From positions 23,299,175 through 23,363,174 of the forward strand of contig NC_092677.1 of assembly GCF_964355755.1 (NCBI RefSeq): a DNA stretch of 64,000 nt, in the 5' to 3' direction. The translations under genes were made by a program, and so were the position numbers. Below, piece by piece: positions 13,825 to 27,274 of the stretch. The stretch's first letter is position 1, and each line of letters opens with the position of its first letter. This stretch comes from Antedon mediterranea (Eukaryota; Animalia; Echinodermata). The notes below the pieces were generated by a model. That model worked only from the letters and a program-made list of their open reading frames with translations, searched no databases and was not told the DNA's origin.

Positions 13825-15227
13825 GGGAGTTTCATAATGCCTTCCTGAACCCACCCTGATCATCCCATGGCATGGGCCCTGTTAAGAAAATGTCGCACAC
13901 TCACAATCGATCACTGGATGGTGGTGTCATTCATCGGACCTGCACAAAGTCAAATTAAATTTAGCATTTTTTTCAAAAAAGCATACTCAAAAGTTCTATA
14001 AATAATAGTAAATAAAACTTACTTGATCAGATATTTGTCTTGATAATGATATGACTATGACACAGGTAGTATCAAAGAACGGGATTAGGCCTACAATCAG
14101 TACGTCACTAGCTAAGAATTGGTATGATAGTCTGCTGCACTGCACGCTTGCTGTACTACAAATTTATTATTGTGTACCTGGAAGATTATCCTCCATATAT
14201 GGAAACTGCCAAACCATATATGGTTAAAGCTATAGGTGGCGCTGTATCATAACAAAAGCACGTGCGCATACAATGTTATTGTTGTATGTGTACTGTATGC
14301 AAAACAGCAAAACAATTGTAGTTCTAAGCCTATAGCTTAATTTTGCTTTGTGAAATTGTGTATTTATTATTTTTCTCCATGGTTGTAGTACAGTGTATAA
14401 CAACCATGTAGCGATTTTGTAGATTAAGGCATCCGCTTCCGACATTCTTTGGCATTGTTGTCAAATCTTTGGCAAGGCCACATGGATTACACTGTACTGT
14501 AGTAGTCTATTTAGGCATACTTGCTTGGGAGTTTCATAATGCCTTCCTGAACCCACCCTGATCATCCCATGGCATGGGCCCTGTTAAGAAAATGTCGCAC
14601 ACTCACAATCACTGGATGGTGGTGTCATTCATCGGACCTGCACAAAGTCAAATTAAATTTAGCATTTTTTTTCAAAAAAGCATACTCAAAAGTTCTATAA
14701 ATAATAGTAAATAAAACTTACTTGATCAGATATTTGTCTTGATAATGATATGACTATGACACAGGTAGTATCAAAGAACGGGATTAGGCCTACAATCAGT
14801 ACGTCACTAGCTAAGAATTGGTATGATAGTCTGCTGCACTGCACGCTTGCTGTACTACAAATTTATTTAATTGTGTACCTGAAAGATTATCCTCCATATA
14901 TGGAAACTGCCAAACCATATATGGTTAAAGCTATAGGTGGCGCTGTATCATAACAAAAGCACGTGCGCATACAATGTTATTGTTGTATGTGTACTGTATG
15001 CAAAACAGCAAAACAATTATAGTTCTAAGCCTACAGCTTAATTTTGCTTTGTGAAATTGTGTATTTATTATTTTTCTCCATGGTTGTAGTACAGTGTACA
15101 ACAACCATGTAGCGATTTTGTAGATTAAGGCATCCGCTTCCGACATTCTTTGGCATTGTTGTCAAATCTTTGGCAAGGCCACATGGATTACACTGTACTG
15201 TAGTAGTAGCTGTTTAGGCATACTTGC
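13825..15227. repeat. ~702-bp near-identical tandem duplication just upstream of SDR39U1 copy 1
   Basis: Unit 1 at 13825-14526 and unit 2 at 14527-15227 both start gggagtttcataatgcc and end taggcatacttgc. A diverged homologue lies at ~32690-33095, upstream of copy 4. Confidence 0.95.
14894..14945. promoter_or_regulatory. Paired CArG boxes plus CTCF-core-like motif (putative)
   Basis: CCATATATGG at 14894-14903 and 14915-14924 (also 14193-14202 and 14214-14223), followed by ataggtggcgctg. Homologous blocks at 28613-28665 and 32855-32885. Confidence 0.35.
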
Positions 15228-15313
15228 CTGCCATTAAATAAAAACGACGCGATATTGCAGCAACACGTTAACGCCCATAGTCTTGAGTTGTACATCCAAT
15301 TATCTGATACAAA

Positions 15314-18300
15314 ATGCATGTTTTTGTTGGTAAGTTTCAGCATAAATAAGATAGACTCTATAACTAATGCCTTGTTAAGTCTGTCTACAAACATAGGGCC
15401 CCATAGTATTGCAGACACACACATTACTATTAAATGTCGATCAAAGTAGAAAGAAGACAAGTGCGTTGGAATTTCGTTTTTGCAGGAGTATTCATATAGG
15501 CAGCTAGAGTAAATTACGACCTAATTTTATTTGAAACAAATTAAGTATTTTAAATTCATACATTATTGAGTGTTAGGCTACACATTTTAAATACCAAAAC
15601 CAGCAGACTTCACTAACATTATTTATGGTGATTTTTTTTTTTCTTCCTACAGCTGGTGGTAGTGGATTCGTTGGATCATCAGTTTGTAAACTTTTACAAG
15701 AAAAAGGTCACACTTGGACTATTATTTCTAGGTCCACTGGTCCAAACAAAGTCTCATGGGTAGTAGAACATTTTATCAATATTCGACTCAACAATTCATG
15801 TTAAGGAAAACAAGGGAAGGAACGTACAAATAGTGAATGAAGTATTGAAATATAACTTCTCTAAGTTAGACCAATGCCAAAAGGATCTTTCTTCTATAAA
15901 CAGTGTTATATTGTTATTGTTGTTCAGTAGGGCTATTAGGCTACTATTGTTATTTTGTTATTTCTTATAATGGTTTACCATGTGTACAACTGGCTGTGGT
16001 AGGCAAAAGATATAATTTGGTTGAAGACTTTTGAATATAAAATGTGTGACTCGCATCCAGATTGTTTAAATAATATAGTCAAATATTGGCAGAAGATTAT
16101 ATAAGTATTCTTTTAAGTTAAATAAGTTAAATAAGGAAAATAAGGAGTGAATGAAGTGTTTCGATTTTTTATTTTTTTCTGAAATACATAATCATTGTCA
16201 GGTTGGCTGCCATAGGGAATAATTCTTCTACATTGTTGTTTTAACTATTATTATTTTGTTTATTTCGTATATAGTTTACTTGTGTAAAACAGACTGTGGA
16301 GTAGGTGCTAGATATACAATTTGGTCATGGAGTAAAGAATATTATTATTATATATATTATTCTTTTCTTTATGATTTGGTTGAAGACTTTTAAATATAAC
16401 ATTTCTGACCCACTACCAGATAGACAATCTGAAAGATTATTTCTACTAAATATGTATATTTTTTCTCTGACAGTCTGAGTTAATGGAGAATGGTTTACCA
16501 GAATGTGATGCAGTAATTAATCTAAGTGGAGGAAATCCCTTCGATCCAATGAAAAAGTAATTGAAACCACATGATGATTGACTTTTCAACCTTTTTATAT
16601 ATTTATCATATCATAGCAGAAGAATGATAACAATATAAACAGGGCCTATATGAGATAATTAACAAAGTATTAATTGCAGCCAGGCTATAAATATTATGTT
16701 TGTAAAAGCAATAATATTTCTCCCACAAGAAGGTATGGGTTGATAGAACATAATTGTGATCATTTAATACGGTGCATCTCATTGCAATAACATAAATATG
16801 ATATCTGATCTACTTTCTCAGTTAATTTAAAAACCACACTAAATATATGTAGGGTGCTAGAGTCACAGGGTTCATTAAAAACAATGATGCAACTATGTAA
16901 CATTAAACATGACATCATCACTGAACGAGTTTACAATTGTTGGCTGTTGCCAAATATGCATTAAATTGTTGGCTGCATAGAAATTGAAATTCGTTGGCAA
17001 CTGAGGTAGAAAATGTAGATGTACAGTATCTTATGCAAGTAAAAGTGAGGATTTAATAACAACTTGTATCACTTTCCCAGTAAGTATTAATTCACTAAAT
17101 TTGTTGTTATTACAGATGGAATGAAGAGTTTAAGGATGAGATTATCAAGAGTAAAGTAGAACCTAACTCTAATATTGCCAAGTTGATATCGGATATGAAG
17201 CAGCCACCAAAAGTATTTGTATCTGCTTCTGCAGTTGGTAATATACTATACTACTGTAACAAACTATTACTGGAATGCAAAAATGTTAATTTTGACTAAT
17301 ACACAATTCACACGTACACAAAATATAAACAAATGTAACACAAATTGTTACATAGATATCTTGCATGATAGCCTTTGGAGTTGCAATGCTTTCATGTTGT
17401 TTTGTCATGGTGTAGCAATGTGTTCCTTCGAAGTTACATCTTTACAGGAAAGATTACCAACTTTTCTAGATTTTACACCGATGTAACAAAAAAATCTTTC
17501 ACACATTCGTATCAAGGTTACAATTCTTCATTTGTTTCCCTTTAAGAGACAAGGTACCCTTTGACCCTATGATAGGCCTACTGTGACAAGCAAATAATTT
17601 ATCATCATTTCTACAATCTAATATTATTATTACAACTTTTGCTACAAATCCATGAAATACATAACTATTTGTTGTTGCAAGTGTACTGTATACAATTTCA
17701 TACTTTACATTATGGTTGTAAGTGTACTCAGTATGGTGGACAAAAATACAATAAAACTGCACTAACAAATTAATTGATGTTATATTTTACTTTTTATACT
17801 TTTTAATTATTTATTAGGTTACTATCCACCTTCAAGATCTGCACAGTATACAGAAGATGACCCTGCAGGAACTGGTTACTTTTCGTGTCTGAATGCCGAT
17901 AGCGAAAAAGCCGCAATGCAAGCAAAGTCTGATAAAACACGAGTTGCAGTTGTAAGAATAGGTATACTGTAGCTACATTTATTTTATAAATTTGATTTTT
18001 AGGTTGACAATATATAACACCTGAGTGTGTTCTTACCATTTTATGGCTTAATTGTGTATCATTCATGTTTTTTACTTGACAGAAAAGTGATATTGCTGGA
18101 TGTACTAGTTACTACTACTACTAATGGAAATTCAGCTTCTTTTAAAACAATTTTAAATGTTCAGAATTTTCTGTCGCGGGAGGGTATAACCATTTTACTC
18201 CGCATACATAAGTCTACATATTTTTCCCACAGGTTCTGCACTTGGTAAAGATGGCGGTGTAATCAAAGAGATGAAATTAAAATTCCAACTCGGGTTTGGA

Positions 18301-18642
18301 GGTGTCATTGGCTCTGGTGAACAATTCTTCCCTTGGATCCATGTTGATGACATTGCTGGCATCTTTATTCATGTCATTGAAAATGATCACGTGGAAGGAG
18401 CGCTAAATGCCGCTGCACCGGGTGTTACAACTAATCGTGACTTCACAAAAGCATTTGCCGCCGCTCTTTGGAGACCGTCGTTCTTCCCCCTACCAGAGTT
18501 TATTGTAAAGGCAATGTTTGGCAGTGAGCGTGCAGTTGTATTTCTCGAAGGATATAATGCACAACCTAAACGAACATTAGAAAGTGGTTATACCTTCAAA
18601 TACACAAGTCTCACAGATGCAATAAATGATATTGTTTTGTAG
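15314..18642 (+). CDS. SDR39U1: Epimerase family protein SDR39U1-like, copy 1 (intact, diverged; 293 aa)
   Basis: Exons 15314-15329, 15653-15759, 16474-16556, 17116-17237, 17818-17961, 18233-18642; all GT-AG and frame-consistent. MHVFVAGGSGFVG (GxxGxxG)...SASAVGYY...GSGEQFFPWIHVDD...PKRTLESGYTFKY matches the SDR39U1/TIGR01777 family. Confidence 0.92.
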
Positions 18643-21056
18643 AAAGTATTTAAATCATAAGGGAAAGTGAAAATAGCAACAAAAATTAATTTCCGTAACT
18701 AACTTTTTATTATGCGCTATTGCATTGCTCAGTTTTAGAGGGCCAGTTGACAGAAAGCTGAGCCCACTCTTGGTGAATGAATGAATGGAGCCACAGTTTA
18801 CATTTGCTTGATTTATTTTAAAAAATTCAGTTTAGTAGACAGCTTTACAAATTTGTATTGATATTTTTTTATTTTCACGCTTTAAGGTAGATAATTTAGC
18901 TGTAAACGGTGTAGTTCAATTGTAATTGTTCTTAATTTCTAATAATGAAGTAGTATCACAAAATGTGTAGCGACTTGAGTCACGTTAGTGTCGCTTCGTA
19001 GCAACTTGCATGCACGGTATCATATAGATATTTAATTAAAATTTGTGTTGTAGTATTAATCAAGCAGGACCTTTTTATCATCTTACAAAGTAATAATAAT
19101 TGTGATTATATTGTATAAGGTGTATTTTATTGGGTGTCAATAAACATAATTGGCTTACTTAAAACTGTTTTGTGTCAATGATGTATGTATATTGTATATT
19201 GTTCCCAGTCCTTTCAAATGCATATGGCTAGCCTACCTATAAACCTTCTCTGGCATTTATGTATATACAATTGTAATGCAAGGTAACTATGGACTCATAA
19301 GTTTACTTATGTCTTTGTTTGTTTGTTTGTGTTCTGCAACTCGATTTTGAATAAACTGATCACCCGGTTTGAGTAAATGTTGGCCATTTATTTTTCCCTC
19401 AAATATATTCCCAATCATATTCAATGTATAATCATAACAATTCATTAGGAAAAAGTTACCATATGGTAGATAATTGTTTACTACGGCTAAAAAAATGGGT
19501 ATTGGAAACTCGGACTGAGCATGCTCAACCCCAAAGTTGGAGAAAAGTAGGCACATTGGATATGTGCAATAGATAGACTTATAGCAAAGAACTAATAACA
19601 CGAAGTTCTTTGCTTATAGACTTAATTAATCAACTTATTCCATTTTATATAATATATATATAAAAAAGAATATTTTATTTTTGTGCTTTTTTGTGTTTAG
19701 TAGTAAACTGAAGGTTTGAGTTATATTATTTGCAACATTGGTAAAATAAGTATTCAATTCCTCTGCAATTATAGCAGGTTCGTTAGTGGTAGCACCGTCA
19801 ATGTCACATAATTATTTAAACAGGCCTCGAATTTGGGGATTTTATGGGCAAGGCCGTTGATTTGAGGGGCACCAAGGCCAAATGGTAGGGCACCAAGGCC
19901 AAAAAATATTTTAATAACTAGGCCAAAATAAAAAATAGCTTGTTTCTGGTTGAGCGCCCGGTTGGAATTAAAAAAAAAAATTCTACCCGCAAACTTTTTT
20001 GGGGGATTTCCCCTATTCATCCGATAGCGTACGTAGTAGTAGGAGAGAACTGTCTACATCTTACGATCCATATAATAATAATAATAAATAAGGTACGATG
20101 TTTAGCGTCTACCGTCCTGTGTTGAATGTTTCGAACAGCAAGCTACTTAGCCTAACTATTAGCTGCTAAGTAGCAGCGGACGGAGAAAACATGATACAAA
20201 AAAATGTGCTTGTAGGCCTTAACTACAACTATTCATACACAGAGTTTTAACCACGGTAAAAATTAAGCCAATTACATTATGTTGTAGAATATAAATTATA
20301 GTTACTTTCCGAGTTTCGATTTCTGAAGCTTTTATGTTAGTATAATCCACATTTCCTGGAGTTCGGTAAAACGCGTTCGTTAATTTAGTGTATCTGTCGG
20401 CTGGATTATTGAGGTGGGTGCGATAACATATAAATATAATATACTTCAAACGATCTTCGGTTGAGGTGCGTGCGGGGGTACGTACTTTGGTACTAAAATT
20501 TAGTACCAAAAAGTTGACACCCCTAATTGTACACGTATAATGGACTACACCATGCTGGAACGCACAAGGTATTTTCTTATCAGAGGATGCGTGTACGTCA
20601 AAAAGAATGTTTTTTCAACGATCCTTCGTCGTAAGTACGAGAGACGTCGTGTGAAATGTCTTATCAGAGGGTGCGTGTGCGTCAAATAGATCACACACAA
20701 CGTTCGTTATTCAGCGACCGTTTATTAAGATAACTTAATAATAATTAAACTAGGCCCGGGCCTAAATGATAAACGATCCGACGTGTTGCAGACAAATAAA
20801 AATAGTCATTATTTTATTTTAAAAAGACAGGGCTGATAATTTTTTTGTTCTAAATCCGCGCCTGTATAAGCGCACAAAAAAAACAAAGCTGAACTAATGT
20901 TTTTTTTTTCAAATGTCATTAGGCCTACAGCAACTGTAAAAAAAGTTTACACTCTACCTTATAACAGCAAAATTAACATATTCATTAAAACTGTTACCGT
21001 TAATATTAAGAATTAAAAAGCGCACACTATTATTCATTGAGTGATAATAGTTACGA

Positions 21057-22100
21057 TAGGTCAAGGGTGATCGATTCATACCAAAATATTTTTAAAAATT
21101 AAGTAGGTCAAGTGTTATAACGTTTGTAAAAGCCAGTTACTTATTCGCCCTAGAGGGTGTAGATGCAAAAAAGTTCGCGGAACTGGGGTGGCAAATGGTA
21201 GAGTAGGTCAAGGGTCATCGATCTATACCAAAATATTTTGAAAATATTAAGTAGGTCAAGTGTTATAACGTTCGTAAAAGCCAGTTACTTATTCGCCGTT
21301 GAAGGCGTAGACGCAAAAAAGTTCGCTGAACTGGGGTGGCAAATGGTAGAGTAGGTCAAGGGTCATCGATCTATACCAAAATATTTTGAAAATATTAAGT
21401 AGGTCAAGTGTTATAACGTTCGTAAAAACCAGTTACTTATTCGCCGTTGAGGGCGTAGACGCAAAAAAGTTCGCGGAACTGGGGTGGCAAATGGTAGAGT
21501 AGGTCAAGGGTGATCGATCCATACCAAAATATTTTGAAAAAATTAAGTAGGTCAAGTGTTATAACGTTCGTAAAGCCAGTTACTTATTTGCCGTAGAGGG
21601 CGTAGACGCAAAAAAAGTTCGCGGAACTGGGGTGGCAAATGGTAGAGTAGATCAAGGGTGATCGATTCATACCAAAATATTTTGCAAAAATTAAGTAGGT
21701 CAAGTGTTATAACGTTCGTAAAGCCAGGTTACTTATTTGCCGTAGAGGGCGTAAACGCAAAAAAAATTGCGGAACTGGGGTGGCAAACGGTAGAGTAGGT
21801 CAAGGGTGATCGATTCATACCAAAATATTTTGAAAAAATTAAGCAGGTCAAGTGTTATAACGTTTGTAAAGCCAGTTACTTATTCGCCGTAGAGGGCGTA
21901 GATGCAAAAAATTCGCGGAACTAGGGTGCAAAATGGTAGAGTAGGTCAAGGGTCATCGATCTATACCAAAATATTTTGAAAATATTAAGTAGGTCAAGTG
22001 TTATATCGTTCGTAAAAGCTAGTTACTTATTCGCCGTAGAGGGCGTAAATGCATAAAATGTTATTGAACTTTGACCGGAAGAAGTAGAGGAGGTCAAGGC
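21057..22100. repeat. Satellite-like tandem array, 7 x ~148 bp
   Basis: The taggtcaagggt motif (one copy tagatcaagggt) recurs at 21057, 21204, 21352, 21500, 21648, 21796 and 21942, with a degenerate start near 22090. Confidence 0.95.
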
Positions 22101-22234
22101 TAACATGTTGATGCAATAACACCTCAATTAGACAGTTATTACGTATTAAAATCTGTTTTTAAAAATATATTTGTGACTGTCCCTTTAATTAAATTTGAAT
22201 AAGGAACTTAGGAACTAGTAACCAACTTCACAGG

Positions 22235-22640
22235 CATTAATATGGGCAGCAGTGCTGCAGGTGGGCACCAGTCGTGCATTTTTATATCTATCTAATGTTA
22301 AAGAGTTAATATGGCCGCACCAGTGCTGCAGATGGGCACCAGCCGTGCATTTTTATATCTATCTAATGTTAAAGAGTTAATATGGCCGCACCAGTGCTGC
22401 AGATGGGCACCAGCCGTGCATTTTTATATCTATCTGATTCTGATGTTAAATTAATATTATACCTGTGCTGCAGATGGGCACCAGCCGTGCATTTTGATAT
22501 CTATCTGATTCTGATGTTAAATTAATATTATACCTGTGCTGCAGATGGGCACCAGCCGTGCATTTTTATATCTATCTGATTCTGATGTTAAATTAATATT
22601 ATACCTGTGTTGCAGATGGGCACCAGCCGTGCATTTAATA
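22235..22640. repeat. Tandem array of ~70-bp units (two subtypes) with core gtgctgcagatgggcaccagccgtgca
   Basis: Six copies of the core; an inverted copy (tgcacgactggtgcccat) at ~23724-23741 suggests a foldback-type element. Confidence 0.85.
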
Positions 22641-22901
22641 ATGTGTACATATATCTCATAATATAGTTTATATGGGCACCATTCTTGTACGAAGTAACAT
22701 ATTTATGTGTCATATATCTGCAGTTCTGAATGTGAAAACAATTGGTGGGTCATTTATATTTGTTTTACATAAATACACGCCATCGTAAATTATAGATTCA
22801 ATATTTCGTAATGTCATCAATAAAAATTACTAGTTAAAACCCTAAACCATCATTATGCTAATTATAGTTACATAATAGTTAACTATCCCATGGTCTAGAA
22901 T

Positions 22902-23614
22902 TTATTTACCTCCGCCAAGGAGGTATATGTAATCGGTAGCGTGTGTTTGTTACTTGGCCAAATTGAAAATTGGCCAAGTATGTTGATCTGTTTGGTTTGT
23001 GTGTTTGTTTGTTTGTTTGTCATCACTCTAGCGCTCACAGTTTTGATTCGAATGACTCCAAATTACTACCAAACATGTCACCTGGTGCAAGGACGACACC
23101 GCCCAATTTTGGTTAAATTCCGGACCACGGTTTCAATTCTGGACCATTTAAAAAAATTATTTTCAGACCTGCTAGTGTTAAAAGATAGGACAGAATTTTT
23201 CAAAAGCCGGCGAGCAGTCTTAAAGTAACAAGTAAACTGAAATTGCATTTTCTCGAGAACTACTTGTCCAAAAAACTTCATTTTTGAACAAGAGGCAAGA
23301 GTTATAATTTGTGATTTGTAGATTTAATGTGCACGTTTTTTGATGCGAGTAGTTTAAATTCTTTTCAAATTCACTCGTTTGATTTTCGCGTTGCTGTTCT
23401 ATTGTTAGTCAACTGAAGCTATTGTTAATTGAAAGGCTTATACATAACCATTACACCAAACTCCATACACATGCTTGTAATGAAATTAGCCTAAATCACA
23501 AACAGCATTAAGACACACACAAATATATATATATATTTTTTTTACCGGAGAAATCTGATGTAGGAGAATTTTACAGTAGGCGGAGGTATGCCCTCTCGGA
23601 GTGGCTTTCTAGTT
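22902..23614 (+). mobile_element. Helentron-associated non-autonomous element (HINE/DINE-1-like)
   Basis: 5' tttacctccgccaaggaggt with (gttt)n microsatellite; 3' subterminal IR ggcggaggta, imperfect hairpin gccctctcggagtggc, ending ttctagtt. Confidence 0.75.
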
Positions 23615-23885
23615 AGTAACTGTAAGCCTACGGAATCGAGAAGCTGCAGGCTGAATCGTCTTGGTCTGCTGGGTTTTGACAAATGGATATTCAAATAGTA
23701 CCTCCTCATTAATATTCATAACCTGCACGACTGGTGCCCATATAACGCTTACCCACATGGATTACACTGTACTGCAGTAGTCTGTTTAGGCATACTCACC
23801 TGTTATTAAATAAAAACGACGCGATATTGCAGCAACACGCTAACGCCCATAGTCTTGTGTTCTACATCCAATTATCTGATACAAA

Positions 23886-26800
23886 ATGCATGTTTTTGTT
23901 GGTAAGTTTCAACATAAATAAGATAGACTCTATAACTAAATTGCCTTGTTAAGCCTGCCTACAAACATATATTGCAGACAAACACATTACTATTATATGT
24001 TGATCAAAGCAGAAAGAGGACAAGTGCGTTGGAATTTCGTTTTTGCAGGAGTATTAATATAGAGTACATTACGACCTAATTTCATTAGAAACAAATTAAA
24101 GTATTTTGAATTCATACATGGAAGATACTAAATAGAATAGTGTTTATGTTTTCATGGTGTTTAATTATTTATACATTTATTTTTATTGCACCATATTCAA
24201 TTGAGTATTAGGCTACACATTCAAATACCAAACCAGAAGACGTCACTAACTATATTATGGTAATTAGTTTTTGCTTGCTTTCTACAGCTGGTGGTAGTGG
24301 ATTCGTTGAATATGCAGTTTGTAAACTTTTACAAGAAAGAGGTCACACTTGGACTGCTGGTCCAAACAAAGTTTCATGGGTAGTAGAACAATTTATCAAT
24401 ATTCAACTCAACAATTCATGTTAAGGAAAATAAGGGAAGGAACGTAAAAATAGTGAATAAAGTATTGAAATATAAGTTCTCTAAAAGTTAGATCAATGCC
24501 AAAGGGATCTTTCTTCTATAAATAGTGTTACATCGTTATTGTTGTTCAGTAGGCCTAATACTATTGTTACTTTGTTTTTTCTTATGGTTTTACCAACTGG
24601 TTGTGGTAGGCACTAGATACAATTTGGTTGAAGACTTTTGAATATAAAATGTCTGACTCGCATCCAGATTGTTTAAATAATATAGTCAAATATTGGCAGT
24701 AGATTAAATAAGTATCCTTTTAAGTTAAATAAGGAAAATAAGGAGTGTATGAAGTGTTTCGATTTGTTATTTTTTTCTGAAATATATAATCATTGTCAGG
24801 TTGGCTGCCATAGGAAATCATTCTTCTACATTGTTGTTTTAACTATTGATATTTTGTTTATATTTCGTATATAGTTTTGCCTTGTATAAAACTGCCTGTG
24901 GAGTAGGCGCTAGATATACAATTTGGTCATGGAGTAAAGAATATTATTATTATATATAATATTCTTTTCTTTATGATTTGGTGGAAGACTTTTGAATATG
25001 AAATTTCTGACCCACAACCAGATAGACAATCTGAAAGATTATTTCTACTAAATAGGTATATTTTTTCTCTGACAGTCTGAGTTAATGGAGAATGGTTTAC
25101 CAGAATGTGATGCAGTAATTAATCTATGTGGAGGAAATCCATTCGATCCAATGAAAAAGTAATTGAAACCACATAATGATTGACTTTTCAACCTTTGTAT
25201 ATATTTATCATATCATAGCAGAAGAATGATAACAATATAAACAGGGCCTATATGAGATAATTAACAAAGTATTAATTGCAGCCAGGCTATAAATATTATG
25301 TTTGTAAAAGCAATAATATTTCTCCCACAAGAAGGTATGGGTTGATAGAACATAATTGTGGTCATTAATACGGTGCATCTCATTGCAATAACATAAATAT
25401 GATATCTGATCTACTTTCTCAGTTAATTTAAAAATCACACTAAATATAAGTAGGGTGCTAGAGTCACAGGGTTCATTAAAAACTATAATAATACAACCAA
25501 TAAAGGTGGTGTTTGTTCACTATGGAATGACGCAACTATGCAACATTAAACATGACATCATCACTGAACGAGTTTACAATTGTTGGCTGTTGCCAAATAT
25601 GCATTAAATTGTTGGCTGCATAGAAATTGAAATTCGTTGGTAACTGAGGTAGAAAATGTAGATGTACAGTATCTTTCAAGTAAAAGTCAGTATTTGATAA
25701 CAACTTGCATCACTTTCCCAGTAAGTAATAATTCACTAAATTTGTTGTTTTTACAGATGGAATGAAGAGTTTAAGGATGAGATTATCAAGAGTATAGTAG
25801 AACCTAACTCTAATATTGCCAAGTTGATATCGGATATGAAGCAGCCACCAAAAGTATTTGTATCTGCTTCTGCAGTTGGTAATAATAATATACTATACTA
25901 CTGTAACAAACTATTACTGGCATGTAAAAATGTTAAATTTGACTAATACACAATTCACACGTACACAAAATATAAACAAATGTAATTGTTACATACATAT
26001 CTTGCATGAGAGCCTTTGGAGTTGTAATGCTTTCATGTTGTTTTGTCATGGTGTAGCAATGTGTTCCTTCGAAGTTACATCTTTACAGGAAAGATTACCA
26101 ACTATTCTAGATTCTACACCGATGTAACAAAAAAAATCTTTCACACATTCGTATCAAGGTTACAATTCTTCATTTGTTTCCCTTTAAGAGACAAGGTACC
26201 CTTTGACCCTATGATAGGCCTACTGTGACAAGCAAATAATTTATCATCATTACTACAATCTAATATTATTATTACAACTTTTGCTACAAATCCATGAAAT
26301 ACATAACTATTTGTTGTTGCAAGTGTACTGTATACAAATTCATACTTTAAATTATGGTTGTAAGTGTACTCAGTATGGTGGACAAAAATACAATAAAACT
26401 GCACCAAAAAATTAATTGATGTTATATTTTACTTTTTATACTTTTTAAATTCTTTATTAGCTTACTATCCACCTTCAAGATCTGCACAGTATACAGAAGA
26501 TGACCCTGCAGGAACTGGTTACTTTTCGTGTCTGAATGCCGATAGCGAAAAAGCTGCAATGCAAGCAAAGTCTGATAAAACCCGAGTTGCAGTTGTAAGA
26601 ATAGGTATAGCTACATTTGTTTTATAAATTTGATTTTTAGGTTGACAATATATAACACCTGAGTGTGTTCTTACCATTTTATGGCTTAATTGTGTATCAT
26701 TCAGGTTTTTTACTTGACAGAAAAGTGATATTGCTGGATGTACTACTACTACTAATGGAAATTCAGCTTCTTTCAAAACAATTTTAAATGTTCAGAATTT

Positions 26801-27274
26801 TCGGTCACGGGAGGGTATAACCATTTTACTCCGCATACATAAGTCTACATTTTTTTTCTCACAGGTTCTGCACTTGGTAAAGACGGCGGTGTAATGAAAG
26901 AGATGAAATTCAAATTCCAACTCGGGTTTGGAGGTGTCATTGGCTCTGGTGAACAATTCTTCCCTTGGATCCATGTTGATGACATTGCTGGCATCTTTAT
27001 ACATGCCATTGAAAATGATCAAGTGGAAGGAGCGCTAAATGCCACTGCACCGGGTGTTACAACTAATCATGACTTCACAAAAGCATTTGCCGCCGCTCTT
27101 TGGAGACCGTCGTTCTTCTCCCTACCAGAGTTTATTGTAAAGGCAATGTTTGGCAGTGAGCGTGCAGTTGTATTTCTCGAAGGATATAATGTACAACCTA
27201 AACGAACATTAGAAAGTGGTTATACCTTCAAATACACAAGTCTCACAGATGCAATAAATGATATTGTTTTGTAG
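23886..27274 (+). CDS. SDR39U1: SDR39U1-like copy 2 (open frame, 288 aa, damaged dinucleotide-binding motif)
   Basis: Exons 23886-23901, 24288-24379, 25076-25158, 25757-25878, 26461-26604, 26865-27274. GGSGFVG is changed to GGSGFVE and a 15-nt in-frame deletion removes IISRS; otherwise very similar to copy 1, including introns. Confidence 0.8.

Noticed and set aside
14230-15146. Duplicated 71-aa minus-strand ORFs
   Set aside because: By-product of the 702-bp duplication; no recognisable protein features.
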